Shown: positions 12,880 through 24,954 of the stretch, piece after piece
Numbering within the stretch: position 1 is the first letter of the stretch
Layout: each line of letters begins with the position of its first letter
From: Squalus acanthias
Taxonomy: Eukaryota
Assembly (NCBI GenBank): GCA_030390025.1
Contig: CM059431.1
Coordinates: forward strand, 118,980,001-119,044,000
DNA: 64,000 bases
Direction: 5' to 3'
Made by a program: the position numbers and the translations under genes
The notes under the pieces: model-generated
The model's input: only the letters and a program-made list of their open reading frames with translations
What the model was told of the DNA's origin: nothing
Databases searched by the model: none

Positions 12880-14854
12880 TTGCAGGGTAATTGGAAGGGC
12901 ACCTCATTTGGCTGGACCACATAAAGCATTATCGGGTCCTGCTCCCACCTGCCAAAATTGCTCACTATTCCAGAATCGTTCTGGAATGCAAACCCCGGCT
13001 TCTGTTCTCCACTACTAACCATCTCCTCCACCCTCACCTCCAACAACAATTGAGATTGAAACCATCCATTAAGCTGCCTCTGCCACTTTCCTTCCTTCCC
13101 CTAGCCCACCAGGCTAAAACTTCCTCTAAGGTTCCCCCTGCCCTAGCCCTGAACTCATATCTTTCCCCAGTTTCTCTCCGATCTCCTCTCATGACCTCTC
13201 CGCTCTCATCTTGTCCATGAGACCCACTTCCTGCACCCTCGACCCTATTCCCACCAAACTGCTGACCACCCAACTTCCTTTTCTGGCTCCCATGTTAGCT
13301 GACATTGTTAACGGTTCTCTCTCCGCATGTACTGTCCCCCTCTCCCTCAAATCTGCCGTCATCACCCCTCTCCTAAAAAAAAAACCCTTGACCCCTCCGT
13401 CCTTGCAAACTACCGCCCCATCTCCAACCTCGCTTTCCTCTCCAAAGTCCTTGAAAGTGTTGTCGCCTCCCAAATCCGTGCCCATCTTTCCCGCAACTCC
13501 ATGTTTGAATCCCTCCAATCAGGTTTCCGCCACTGCCACAGTACTGAAACGGCTCTCATCAAAGTCACAAATGACTGTGACAAAGGTAAACTATCCCTCT
13601 TCGTCCATCTTGACTTGTCTGCAGCCTTTGACATGGTTGACCACTCCATCCTTCTCCAACACCTCTCCACCGTCGTCCAGCTGGGTGGGACTGCACTCGC
13701 CTGGTTCCATTCTTATCTATCTAATCGTAGCCAGAGAATCACCTGCAATGGCTTCTCTTCCCGCTCCCACATCGTTACCTCTGGTGTCCTCCAAGGATCT
13801 ATCCTTGGCCCCCTCCTATTTTTCATCTACATGCTGCCCCTTGGCGACATCATCTGAAAACACAGCGTCAGTTTCCACATGTACGCTGACGACACCCAGC
13901 TCTACCTCAGCACCACTTCTCTCGACCCCTCCACGGTCTCTAAATTGTCAGACTGCTTGTCCGACATCTGGTTCTTGATGAGCAGGAATTTTCTCCAATT
14001 AAATATTGGGAAGACAGAAGCCATTGTTTTCGGTCCCCGCCACAAACTCTGTTCCCTAGCCACTGACTCCATCCCTCTCCCTAACATCTGTCTGAGGCTA
14101 AACCACACTGTTCGCAACCTTGGTGTCATATTTGACCCTGAAACGAGCTTCCGACGACATATCCACAGCATAACTAAGAACGCCTATTTCCACCTCCGTA
14201 ACATCGCCTGTCTCTGCCCTGCCTCAGCTCATCCACTGCTGAAACCCTCATCCATGCCTTTGTTACCTCTAGACTTGACTATTCCAATGCACTCCTGGCT
14301 GCCCTGCCACATTCTACCCTATGTAAACTTGAGGTCATCCAAAACTCAGCTGCCCGTGTCCTAACTCACACCAAGTCCCGTTCACCCATTGCCCCTGTAC
14401 TCGCTGACCTACATTGGCTCCCGGTTAAGCAACGCCTCAATTTCAAAATTCTCATCCTCGTTTTCAAATCCCTCTATGGCCTCGCCCCTCCCTATCTCTG
14501 TAATCTCCTCCGCCCCACAACCCCCCCTCCGAGATATCTGCGCTCCTCTAACTCTGCCCTCTTGAGTATCCCTGATTATAATCGCTCAATCTTTGGTGGT
14601 CGTGCCTTCTGTTGCATAGGCTCTAAGCTCTGGAATTCCCTGTCTAATCCTCTCCGCCTCTCTACCTCTCTTTCATCCTTTAAGACACTCCTTAAAACCT
14701 ATCTGTTTACCAAGCTTTTGATCACCTGCCCTAATTTCTCCTTATGTGGTCAAATTTTTTGTCCCAAATTTTTTGTCTTATAATACTCCTGTGAAGCACC
14801 TTGGGACTGTTTACTACATTAAAGACGCTATATAAATACAAGTTGTTGTTGTTG
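12880..14854 (+). mobile_element. L2-clade LINE, 5'-truncated, frameshifted RT
   Basis: LDPSVLANYRPISNLAFLSKVLE, QSGFRHCHSTETALIKV, LDLSAAFDMVDH, QGSILGPLLF, YADDTQLY; (GTT)n tail. Confidence 0.9.
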
Positions 14855-15006
14855 TATGGGACAAGTGGGCACAAGTGCTGATTGGGGTGCATCTTCACTC
14901 CATGCTAGCAGAAATTTGGTCAGTTGTCTGTCCTGGCAGGGGGAGGAGAAAGATTGCTTCGGCCCTCGACCCGAACAAGCAAGAGGGTTGATCCAGGATA
15001 GATTTT

Positions 15007-15148
15007 GGGGCTAGATTTTCATGTTCACCGCCTGGGCAGTAATCTGCTGAGTGAAATGCCCGCTCTTTATACAACCTGCCCGCCTTTCATTCCATTGAAG
15101 TCACTCCTCCAGATTAACACCCAGGTGATGAGGGTGAAAATCTACCCC
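15007..15148. mobile_element. Small Harbinger-type MITE
   Basis: TIRs GGGGCTAGATTTTCA / TGAAAATCTACCCC. Confidence 0.65.
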
Positions 15149-16183
15149 ATTAATTTGTTTTTCTTCGATGGCCCAGCTCACTTGCTGGGCCTGGACCTGT
15201 CCATTGGTACTCACATATCCCCTTGTTGACGGTACATCTCATCTCTCTCAGCAGCAGCTACCACTACAATGCTGAACCACCGGAGTGCCTAAGGAACAGG
15301 AACTACATCCAAGGGACACACAACCCTGGCACCTCCCCCAGCTCTCCCCTATGGAGTTTTGGGGCCACAGTGTATTATTGCAACTTAAAAAAAAAGAAGC
15401 CTGCAATGGTAGGAGTTAAAGTACTAACAATCTCGTTGTGACATAGACTCTTTACTGTAAATAAATTAGCAATTCAGAAGCTTGTCTGTGTCACTGATGA
15501 GGACCTCACACCCATTGTGTTGGGACGTTTGTGACCTCTTCTTTACCATGAACAGCTGGGAAATAAAGCAGTATAGCAGACACCTAACTAATCTAATCGA
15601 GTTTATGGGAATGGAACAATGCACAGACAGTCAGGCAACAAAAGGCCACAAAGGAGAGGGGACAGCAGGGAGAGGAGGTTGTGTCCTGGACAGAATGCAG
15701 AGGGGCTATTCTGTTCAAGTTAAGTAGGATGATCAGCTGAACTGGGGTGGGGTAGCACATTAATTATTTCCATGTGATCGCATGGAGATAAGTTGTATTC
15801 ATTGAACTAAGTGAATCTAATCATAACTATTGCTTTGTATATTTGTGTTACTGTTTCAGAAAGGTTTCTTTTCAAAGGATGAATAATGTGTATCTACATT
15901 TATTTATATAAGAATAATCAATAATTTATTAGAATGTTAGGTACAATATTTTCACTTCCATCTTATTATTGTGTGCCATGCAGTTCATCTCATAATAGAA
16001 AATTACCATCAAACAACATACTTCATGTTGCATTGGTATAAGACTTCCACTACTTTTTTAATATTATTATTAATTGTTGTCTTAGTATTGCGTGAAATAA
16101 GCTGTTCATTTGTAAATTAAGTTAGACTTAGTTTTGGTGAAAAACGTAAGTAAAATCGCTAAAGGTTTCTCTTTTTTCCACAG

Positions 16184-16446
16184 TGCAGATAGAGGCCATT
16201 TCGGCCCATCGAGCCTGCACCGACACATATCCCACCCTATCCCCGTAACCCCACGTATTTAATCCCCCCCTAACACTAAGGGTCAATTTATCATAGTCAA
16301 ATCAACCTAACCCGCACATCTTTGGACTGTGGGAGGAAACCCACGCAGACAATGTGCAAACTCCACACAGACAGTCACCCGAGGCTGGATTCGAACCCGG
16401 GTCCCTGGCGCTGTGAGGCAACAGTGCTAACCACTATGCCACCGTG
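16184..16446 (-). mobile_element. tRNA-derived SINE (HE1/V-SINE-like) with CR1-type tail
   Basis: Minus strand: A box tggcatagtgg, B box ggttcgaatcc, core gtctgcgtgggtttcctcc..cacagtccaaagatgtgcgggttagg, tail gggccgaaatggcctct. Confidence 0.82.
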
Positions 16447-16843
16447 TTGCCACCGTTTGTAAGGTGTGTTATGCAATACAGTGTTAGGAATGAAAACTGT
16501 AATTTATTTGTGTGAAATACTTGTCTGCAATATTAACTAAGGCATAACTCATTTAAAATAAATGAGTGAACACCTTCATTCGGACAGCAAAAAAGGAATT
16601 TTATACAAACACATTAACACGCACATTGCTGATACTGTGCAGTGTGATTTCAAGCCACAATTGTAAGGAATCTTGTCCTCCTCATGCTAACAAACCTCTG
16701 CTCCCAGCTTTTTGAGCTATAAACAGGGCAGTGACATGGGGTCTTTCAATTGTGCCTTGATCCTAAATATATTAGCCCAATCACCCTAAAATTACTTGGG
16801 TCAGAGAGGGCAGAAAGCCTGATTATTTGGGGTAGAACCCAGT

Positions 16844-17330
16844 GGTGCCAGGATTCTGGCCTGTCTAGACTGTCCTTTTATATTCCTGTGAGCAGAGCAT
16901 GAATGAATCGTTTTCCTGCCTCCCTGCAAGGTGGGGGTGGGGGGATTGGGTGGGCGGTGGTGACTGGGGGAGTTTCCAGGCTTCCCCAAGGAAATTTCAA
17001 CTTTAACGCCCTCCTTGCGGTTCAGTGTTGAGGCCTGTAAAAAGGCCTCAAACTTTTACCAGTGAAAGGTAGTTGATCCCAGGAATCGACTACGTTCCCA
17101 AACATGCCCGTTTGCTTTATCAGGAACAGAAGATCTGAAGGAGTTTTTTCAGGGCCATGCCAGACCTTCCCTCTGCTGTTGGGGCATTCTTCCTAGGTGG
17201 TTTAGGCTGAGCACCACTGATCTACCCTTGCAGGCGCAATGGACAAATGACTTCAACCCCGGGAATTGGGAGAGGGTCTAGCTCCGCTGTATTTGCACTG
17301 GCACAGTGAACCCCCAGGAATTTTGGGGCC
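16844..17330. mobile_element. Old non-autonomous Harbinger-type element
   Basis: Ends GGTGCCAGGATTC / GAATTTTGGGGCC with AGT on both sides. Confidence 0.5.
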
Positions 17331-18376
17331 AGTGTGAGTTCAAATTTGGAAAACACACTATTTCCGGTTTACATTAGACCCCTTATATTGTTCTTCACTG
17401 TTAATATACAATTATAGCCTAGAAATTAATGTTGGCAATAATAGTGGACCAATGCTTAAAACTTAAAAAGTGTGTGTACTAATATCACCAGCAATCATTT
17501 ATAAGCTTGTATAATCTTCTTGTCGAACTCTTCCTTAAAGAGATGTGTTGCATCATCAGCTCCAGCAATGTCATTATTAATGATCCCCAAGCTGGCCGAA
17601 AAATCCTGATTGCCTCAAAGTTGCTGTGCTGTACAGCAATAGGGGAATACAAAAGATCAATCAATTTAAGTGCTGGTCGCCACAGTTTTTATTTATTTAG
17701 TGACTTCGCTGTTTCATTTTCTTTTTTAATTAAAGTGAAACTTATTGAAAAGGGAAGGCAAAAATAGAAAATCAGGTAGAAAGCACATTGAAAGAAAACG
17801 GCAAAACCTGCAGAGCTACCGAAAAATAGATATATTAACCAGCAATTAAAATCCGTACAAATGAGAAGTCAATGCATGCACTTATATCACACGTAGCCGT
17901 CACCTCGGTGAACTACTTTTCATATTTTATGGAGATAAGAAAAAAAAAGTTTCATAGTAATCGCATCAGAATCACTGCACTCTGCACAAGTCAGTGCTGC
18001 CACTTAAATTTACATTCCCAGCTAACTTTCATTATTTTAATTGAATTATCTACTTAACTAGCGGTATCAGCAGAATGTGTGATGAAGAGCGGAAGATATC
18101 CCATTCATGATGTTGACCATAACCCACTTACTTTGCCAGATCAGAAAATTCATGAGATTTAAGTCATTCTCCCTCATCATGTATCACCTATGTGTCCAAT
18201 ACTGTGGTTGCACTCTAAAATTTAATGTACTTGAAGAAATATATATAACAAAATATGGAGAAAGAACAAGGAATTGCATTAGAGTAGATAGTTCTGATGC
18301 GGATCAGGCACTGACACAATGGGCCACACGGCCACCTACTGTGCTAAAATGATTCTATGAAACAAACAAAAATGTT

Positions 18377-20150
18377 AGAATATAAGAAATAGGAGCAGGA
18401 GTTGGCCATTTGGCCCCATGACCCTGCTCCGCCATTCAATAAGATCATGGCTGATCTTCAACGTCAATTCCACTTTCCCGCCTGATCTCCATATCCCTTG
18501 ATTCCCCTAGGGCAGGATTTCCCCAGGTCCCACACACACCATGCAGGTGGGACCCGGGAGACAGCGGGAAACCCGGCAGTACAGGTTTAGAGGCACGCTA
18601 TGGAGGTTTAACGCCACAGCGTGCGTGCGACATCAGGGGTGGGTTCCCTGCCCGGAAGTTAGCCTGATTGACAGGCTGGCTTCCAGTCGTGCGGGTATCG
18701 CGGACCAGGAGGCCACAGGAGAAGGTAAGTGCTGGGCCCAGGATGGTGGGGGGTTCCAAGCCCGGGGGTCCGATTCCCCGGAGGGAGGTCCGATCCTCGA
18801 GCCAGGTGGTGAGGGGGGGGAGCTCGATCCGTGACACGGAGGCTGAGTCATGATACCGGGGGGGCGGGGGGGGGGGGAGAGGTCCGATCTCCTGGGGGAG
18901 GGTCCGATCTCCGACCCCGCAGAGGTGGGGGGGTAGCTCGATCCCTGACCCCGAGGCTCAGTTATAATCTGGGGTGTGTCCGACCCCCAACCCTGGGGCC
19001 GAGTCGCGATCCCGGGGTGGGAAGTTTGATCCCCAACCCCGGGCCGAGTCGCAACCCCGGGCAGGGCGCGGGGGTGTTCCAGGCCCGGCGTGGGGGGGCA
19101 GGGGTGCGGGCTCCAATCCCTGGGGAAGGGGGGGATGGTCAGATCCCTGACCCTGGGGATGGGCAGGCTGATGGTGGTGGCAGTTCGGGGGCCAGGAGTA
19201 ACCATTCCTGCTCCTCCCGGCCCTCAAGGATTGCTCCCCGAGGCTGAGGCCACCTTGTTGCAGCCACTGGGAATCCCAAGCCCTGGGATCCCTGGCCGCC
19301 TGCAGTTAAACCCGCTTGCAGGTTAAAGTAGAGGCTTCAGGCCTCATTATGATATTCAAATTGCCAACCCACCTCCTGGCAGCGGGTTGGCAGCCCGCCC
19401 CCCCATCCCTCCTGAGTTAAAGGTGAAAGTGGGCGGGTTGGAGGCAGGTTGGAGTTGGGATTCACATTTTTTCAACTTTCACTCCCCCCCCCCCACCCCG
19501 CCCCATGCCTCCAACCCACCCGTTCATACCTCTGAAAATTCCGACCCTAGATTCCAAAAATCTACCTATCACAGCCTTGAATATACTCAATGACGTTGGA
19601 GCAGAGAATTCCAAAGATTCACAACCCTCTGAGTGAAGAAATACCTCCTCATCTCAGTCTTAAAATGCCGACCCCTTATCCTGAGACTGAGCCCCCTGGT
19701 TCTAGACTCTCCAGCCAGGCAAAACAATCTCTCAGCATCTATCCTATCAATCCCCCTCAGAAACTTATATGTTTCAATGAGATCACATTCTTCTGAACTC
19801 CAGAGAGTATAGGCCCAATCTAGACAACCCTCTCATCCCAGGAATCAATCTAGTGAACCTTTGTTGCACCGCCTCTAAGGCAAGTATATCCTTCCTTAGA
19901 TAAGCAGACTAAAACTTTGCACAGTACTCCAGGTGTGGTCTCATCAGAGCCCTGTACAATTGTAGCAAGACTTCGTTACTCTTGTACTCTAACCCTCTAG
20001 CAATAAAGGCCAACATGCCAAGTGCCCTCCTAATTGTTTGCTGTACCTTCATGCTAACTCTCTCTGTGTTTCTTGTACTAGGACACCTAAATCTCTCTGA
20101 ACACCAACATTTAATAGTTTCTCACCATTTAAAAAATATTCTGTTTTCCT
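18377..20150 (-). mobile_element. CR1 3' portion interrupted by a GC-rich non-autonomous Harbinger
   Basis: CR1 3'UTR (aggagcaggag..ggccatt) at 18377-18509 resumes at 19548 with the ORF2 C-terminus. Confidence 0.8.
18510..19547. mobile_element. Non-autonomous Harbinger-type element with internal GC-rich repeats
   Basis: Ends GGGCAGGATTT / AAAATTCCGACCC; (C)TAG duplicated at the junctions; degenerate ~20-bp gggtccgatc units at ~18765-19160. Confidence 0.78.
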
Positions 20151-20508
20151 ATAAATCAAACGAAAATGTTCTATAAATCAACATTAATATGAAAAATAAC
20201 AAGGAGGAGACAGAGTCAAACAAATCCAGTAGATATTGATCATTAGGTGATTTTTAAATACTTTGAACTGCAATATATCTGAACCAATTTTTATTTTCCG
20301 GAATTTCTAAACTCGTTAACGTACTACTTTTTTTAACAAAAGACTGCCACATTGAGTGCCTTTTAAAAAAAATATATAACTTCAGTCTGTTCTAACATTT
20401 TACAATCTTTTAGCAAAGCATTTGAGTGAAAGCACATTCTGTTTCACACCGACATGTAAAATGATGAGATATTGCATCTGTTGGGTTGATTCTAGTTCTA
20501 TTCCCTGC

Positions 20509-21762
20509 TGTTAGAAATTAGGGGAACCTAAAATTACATATGGTTATGCGGATGAAACTGTAATGTGAATAATACTGTGTTTAAATGATTGTATTAGTGC
20601 TCGAGACAAGTAAGGGGTTAATGTATAAATTGTGTTTTACTGGAACTGTGTAAGTTTCATTTTCCTGGAGACTTGTATTAGACTTTGAGACAAAATGACT
20701 TCAGTTAGTCAAATTAGATGAGGCATAACATCCCACACAGGGGCTCATAGCATGGCCTTGCCCTGCCAGGCTAGCTGTCTGTTGTTTGTAAGTTCGGGTT
20801 TTAACTTTGTTAATGTATCTTTAATTTGGCCAATGAAGGCCCAACCTATGTTTCTTCCATTATTACCAATAACCATATTATAATGCTAAGGTAGAATTTG
20901 AGTTTGTTTGACAGAACTGCTTGTGAAGATAATTAAAAGTTAATTAGTATAAAGGACATAGAATAGAAGGAATTTATGGGAGTTAAGGTACCATCTCAGG
21001 ATGGAATAGTCTGTTAGATTAAGGGGAGATAGTTTGGATGGCGGCTACTTGAGCAGACAGCTCTGGCTTGGGCCTCTGATTTAATGGCCCAAAGCTGTGC
21101 CTGATATAAGCACTGGCTGCACCAGGGGGGACAAGACAGGATGAGATAAGAGACTATTGCTTTGGAAGGAAAGGGATGGATGAGATAAGGAAAGACAGTC
21201 CTCAACATGCCGTAAGGCCATGATTGGCCAAGTACAGAAAGCATGTGTACTGGTTGTGAAGACCCCTTGAGGGAGGGTCTTCATTGGTAAGTTTAGACAA
21301 AGAACTCGACATGCCATTGGGCACCTTGCTTTAAGGAGAACCTCTATAGGTTAAATGGTCTTGTCCATTATTCTACCTCAGGCCCACCCCTAAAAAGAGA
21401 ATAAAAGGAAGAGCTAAAGAACTCTAGCTCAGACAGGGGAGCAGAGGGCTCCCAAGAGTGAGTTGGTAGTCTAACACTCTTCAGAGAGTGGACACATGCG
21501 GACTCTTGTCTAACACTCTTGGGTAGTTCAGACAAAGAGAGAGAGAGACATGTGAGACAAGAAGGAGAACGAACAAGAAGAGTTGTTCGTGTACGCCAGC
21601 CGTCTGTCCAATCGGGTCCGGTACCAGCTACTTGTCATGGTCGTATGTTTTTGCTGCATAACTAGTGTGTTATATTCCATCCTAAAGTCCGATTAAACAC
21701 AATATACCCATCATATTGGTTTGCACTTGATCCTGTTTACCAGAGATACGCAAATCTCTACA
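20509..21762 (+). mobile_element. Solo LTR (~1254 bp)
   Basis: TGTTAGA...TCTACA termini with a 4-bp TSD CTGC (20505-20508, 21763-21766); TATA-like ataaaag at ~21401 and ATTAAA at ~21692. Confidence 0.7.
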
Positions 21763-22003
21763 CTGCACAGGCAAAGCAGAGCTCTTTAAATGATACTTAA
21801 ATACATGTGAAAAGCTCTGCTTACAGTAGCTGACCTTGGGTAAAATTTATAATGTTTGGAAAGAACTCACAGAAGAGTCAGCACTTTCCTGCTATTAGAA
21901 ATGTAATAGATGGGTCTAGTGTCCAATGGGAACTAGGTTGCAAATGCCCAAATACATGTCACTGATATCCTACAGAAAGAGTAAAGTTTTGTTATATTAA
22001 TTA

Positions 22004-22065
22004 GGGCTGGATTTGAACCCAGGTCCAACAGGTGAAAGGACCTTCTGCTAACTCACTGTGATAAC
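22004..22065 (-). mobile_element. tRNA-derived SINE head (LF-SINE-like)
   Basis: Minus strand cctttcacctgttggacctgggttcaaatccagccc with a B box. Confidence 0.45.
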
Positions 22066-22590
22066 CAAATCCTAATTACAGATTGTTTCTGATGGATTTG
22101 TCAGAAGGCTACAACTTCTTTTCACTGTTATGCAAATGATTTCAAATTTTGAGACAAATAACAAAAACAGCATAGTAAGATAAAGTTGTTGAAACACTGT
22201 GAATTTGCCTTTTTCAAGAGACTGGTCTCTTCTATCAGGGCTTGAATGGAGGCATGGCACTGCTTCTACTTCATCTGGGCGTCTGTGCTCACTTTCCTGA
22301 GAGATGACATGAGCCAGGTTTGGAGAGGATAGCGTTTGTCCCCAAAGAGCCAGCTTCTGACCTGATACCGGGATGGTGGGAGTTCAGGACCAGTGCGGGA
22401 TGATGGCATCATGGACCTGTCACAGCTCTGCATGATGCACTGCACATTTTCGCATACCAGATGGATGTTCAGTGAGTGAAATCCCTTCCTATTCACATAG
22501 ACTCCAGGCTCTTCTATTGGAGCATGCAAGGCTGTAGGTGTGCAGTCGATCATGCCCTGCATTTGGGGAAAGCCTGCAATCTTAGCATAC

Positions 22591-23670
22591 AATGTGTGCA
22601 GGACTCCTTTCTTACCCAGTATATAAAAAGCCCAACAAGAGAGGGTGCACTGCTGGATCTAGTAATGGGAAATGAACCAGAACAGATAAGAAAACTAAGT
22701 GTAGGGGAACATCCAGCCAATAGCAACATAATAAGGCTTAAGATAAAGATTGAGAACGACACAAGTAAGACAAAGACCAAAGTAATACATTGGGGAAAAA
22801 AATGATTTTAAGGGGATGAGAATGGAACTAGGGAAAATAAATTGAAAACATTTACTGACAAACAAATAGAACAGCATTGGGAAATATTTAAAATGGTGAT
22901 CAATAAAGTCCGAGAGAAATCTATCCCACTAAAAACAACAAACTAGCCAGTAATGTCACACTACGGATGAATAAAGAAATAAGGACAAAATTGAAGCTAA
23001 GGAAAAAGGCGTACACAAAGTGCATAGGCAACAAAGGAAAGGATGACAAAAGGGAATACGTAAAGGTTAGGAAAGAAGTCAAAAAAACTATTAGGAAGGC
23101 AAAGAACTACAAAATACAATTATCAACGAATATAAAAAGAAATAGTAAACTATTCCACAGACACATAAATAACAAAGAAAACTCAGGATAGTGATAGGGA
23201 TACACACGATAAACTCACAGGCAATGACAGTGAAATGGCAGAAATATTAAATCTGGGAGATGAACATGGTGGGCATGACATTAGAAGGGGTGATCAAAAA
23301 AGATATAAAGACATTTAAGATAGAAAGGGGGAGATAATTGATAAACTAATCAAACTTAGAGAGGATAAAATGCCTGGTCTGGATGGATTGCATCTGTGTA
23401 TATTAAAAGATGTTAGGGAAGAGATAGCAGAGGCACTATTACACTTATACACTTGCTACCACAAGAAGTAGTTGAGGTGACTAGCATAGATGCATTTAAG
23501 GGGAAGCTAGATAAACACATGAGAGAGAAAGGAATAGAAAGATATGTTGATGGGGTTAGATGACGAAGGGTGGGAGGAGATCGTGTGGAACATAAACACC
23601 AGCATGGACCTTTTGGGCCGAATGGCCTGTTTCTGTGCTGTAAATACTATGTAATACTATGTAACTATGT
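22591..23670 (+). mobile_element. CR1 LINE fragment with an internal deletion
   Basis: CVQDSFLTQYIKSPTREGALLDLVMGNEP (endonuclease end) and linker, then a jump at ~23450 to the 3' end with a (actatgta)n tail. Confidence 0.8.
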
Positions 23671-23966
23671 AGTCCAGTGCCCTCTCCTCCTACTTTGTGG
23701 TATCCATGGGGAAGGAGAGGAAGTCATTGGCTTTGGCAAAGAACGCATCCATCACCTGGTGCATACAGACTTGTGCAGCTGATTGACTGATGTTACAGAT
23801 GGCACCTTCTGCAGTCTAGAATTACCGAGGCATAGAAGTTCTAGACCACAGTGACTTTGACAGCCACAGGCAAGGATTGATGTGGCCTTGGGCTGCAGTT
23901 GGTGCTGCAGCAGGTGGCAGAGCTCTGTGACAGCCTCCTGGTAAAGCAGAGCCTTCTCTTTCAGGT

Positions 23967-24281
23967 AATATGTTAAATCGAGGCCCTGTTTTCCCTCTTA
24001 AGTGGACGTAAAAGATCCCATGGCCCTATTCGAAAAAGCGCAGGGAGTTCTCCTCAGTCTCCTGGCTAATATTTATCCCTCAACCAACATCACTATAACA
24101 GATTATCTTGTCATTATCACATTGCAGTTTGGGGGACCTTGCTGTTTGCAAATTGACTGCCGCGTTTCCTACATTACTACAGTGACTACAGTTCAAAAGT
24201 ACTTCATTTGCTGTAAAGCGCTTTGGTGTGTCCTGAGGTTGTGAAAGGTGCGATATAAATCCAAGTTCTTTCTTTCTTTCT
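23967..24281 (+). mobile_element. Deu-domain SINE (SacSINE1-like), 5'-truncated
   Basis: gtggacgtaaaagatcccatggccctattcgaa core and (CTTT)n tail. Confidence 0.82.
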
Positions 24282-24954
24282 CACAAACTGCTCCTCAGTG
24301 ATAAGAAGCTCTGTCCTGTATACTTGTGTAGGGCAAGGCCACCATGTGAGCTGTCCTCCTTCTCTCTGCTAGGCAGCTGCAAGTCCCTCCTCCAGCCACA
24401 ATGGTAGTGTAAGTACTAATTAAAACCAATCAGAGGTTTGCCAGAAGCCCACCAACAAAAACCCTCTTCTGACACTCCAAATTACTTTCAGAAATGATTC
24501 CAGCAGCCAAAACTCCTAAAAAGCTCAAAAGCAGCGCACTTGCACTCTAAATAAGCTAACCAGTGATTTTGCTGAGAGCAGCTGTTGATCCCTTTAAAAA
24601 TCGCTACAAATGGCACCCTCTGGGTTGTTCATGATTTCTGTGACGGATTTAGATTTGGCGAATAGGATACCACAGCTGTTTAAAAGGACATTTGGGTCCG
24701 AAAACAGGCGCAGGACCCTAATTAGTATTGTTAAGTAGGCGTCCGCTGAATTCAGGCAAGCGCGCTGGAGACCTAAAAGGCCTGATTCAAAGTGACGACA
24801 GGTGAATTCTGCGCGCAAAACGGACATGTGAGATAGTGACTTGACTGTCATTGCCTGAGCACTAAAACTGGTGTTCGCCAATTCAAACTAACATCCCCAC
24901 CCTCCCCCCCACCCCACCAGTGGAATTAACACATGCATCTAAATCTGACTATCA

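Larger units (their letters stand above)
22245..24900 (-). mobile_element. Decayed Harbinger transposase remnant split by a CR1 and a SINE
   Basis: 22266-22590 encodes [33 protein letters not shown]. The upstream part ([19 protein letters not shown]) lies at ~23672-23960. Ends are uncertain. Confidence 0.75.

Noticed and set aside
16380..16446. tRNA genes (also ~31770-31900 and ~48640-48706)
   Set aside because: These are tRNA-derived SINE heads without a complete cloverleaf, attached to SINE bodies or matching them.
18541..19326. Pro/Gly-rich ORFs
   Set aside because: They fall in the GC-rich repetitive interior of a non-autonomous element and show no domain signal.
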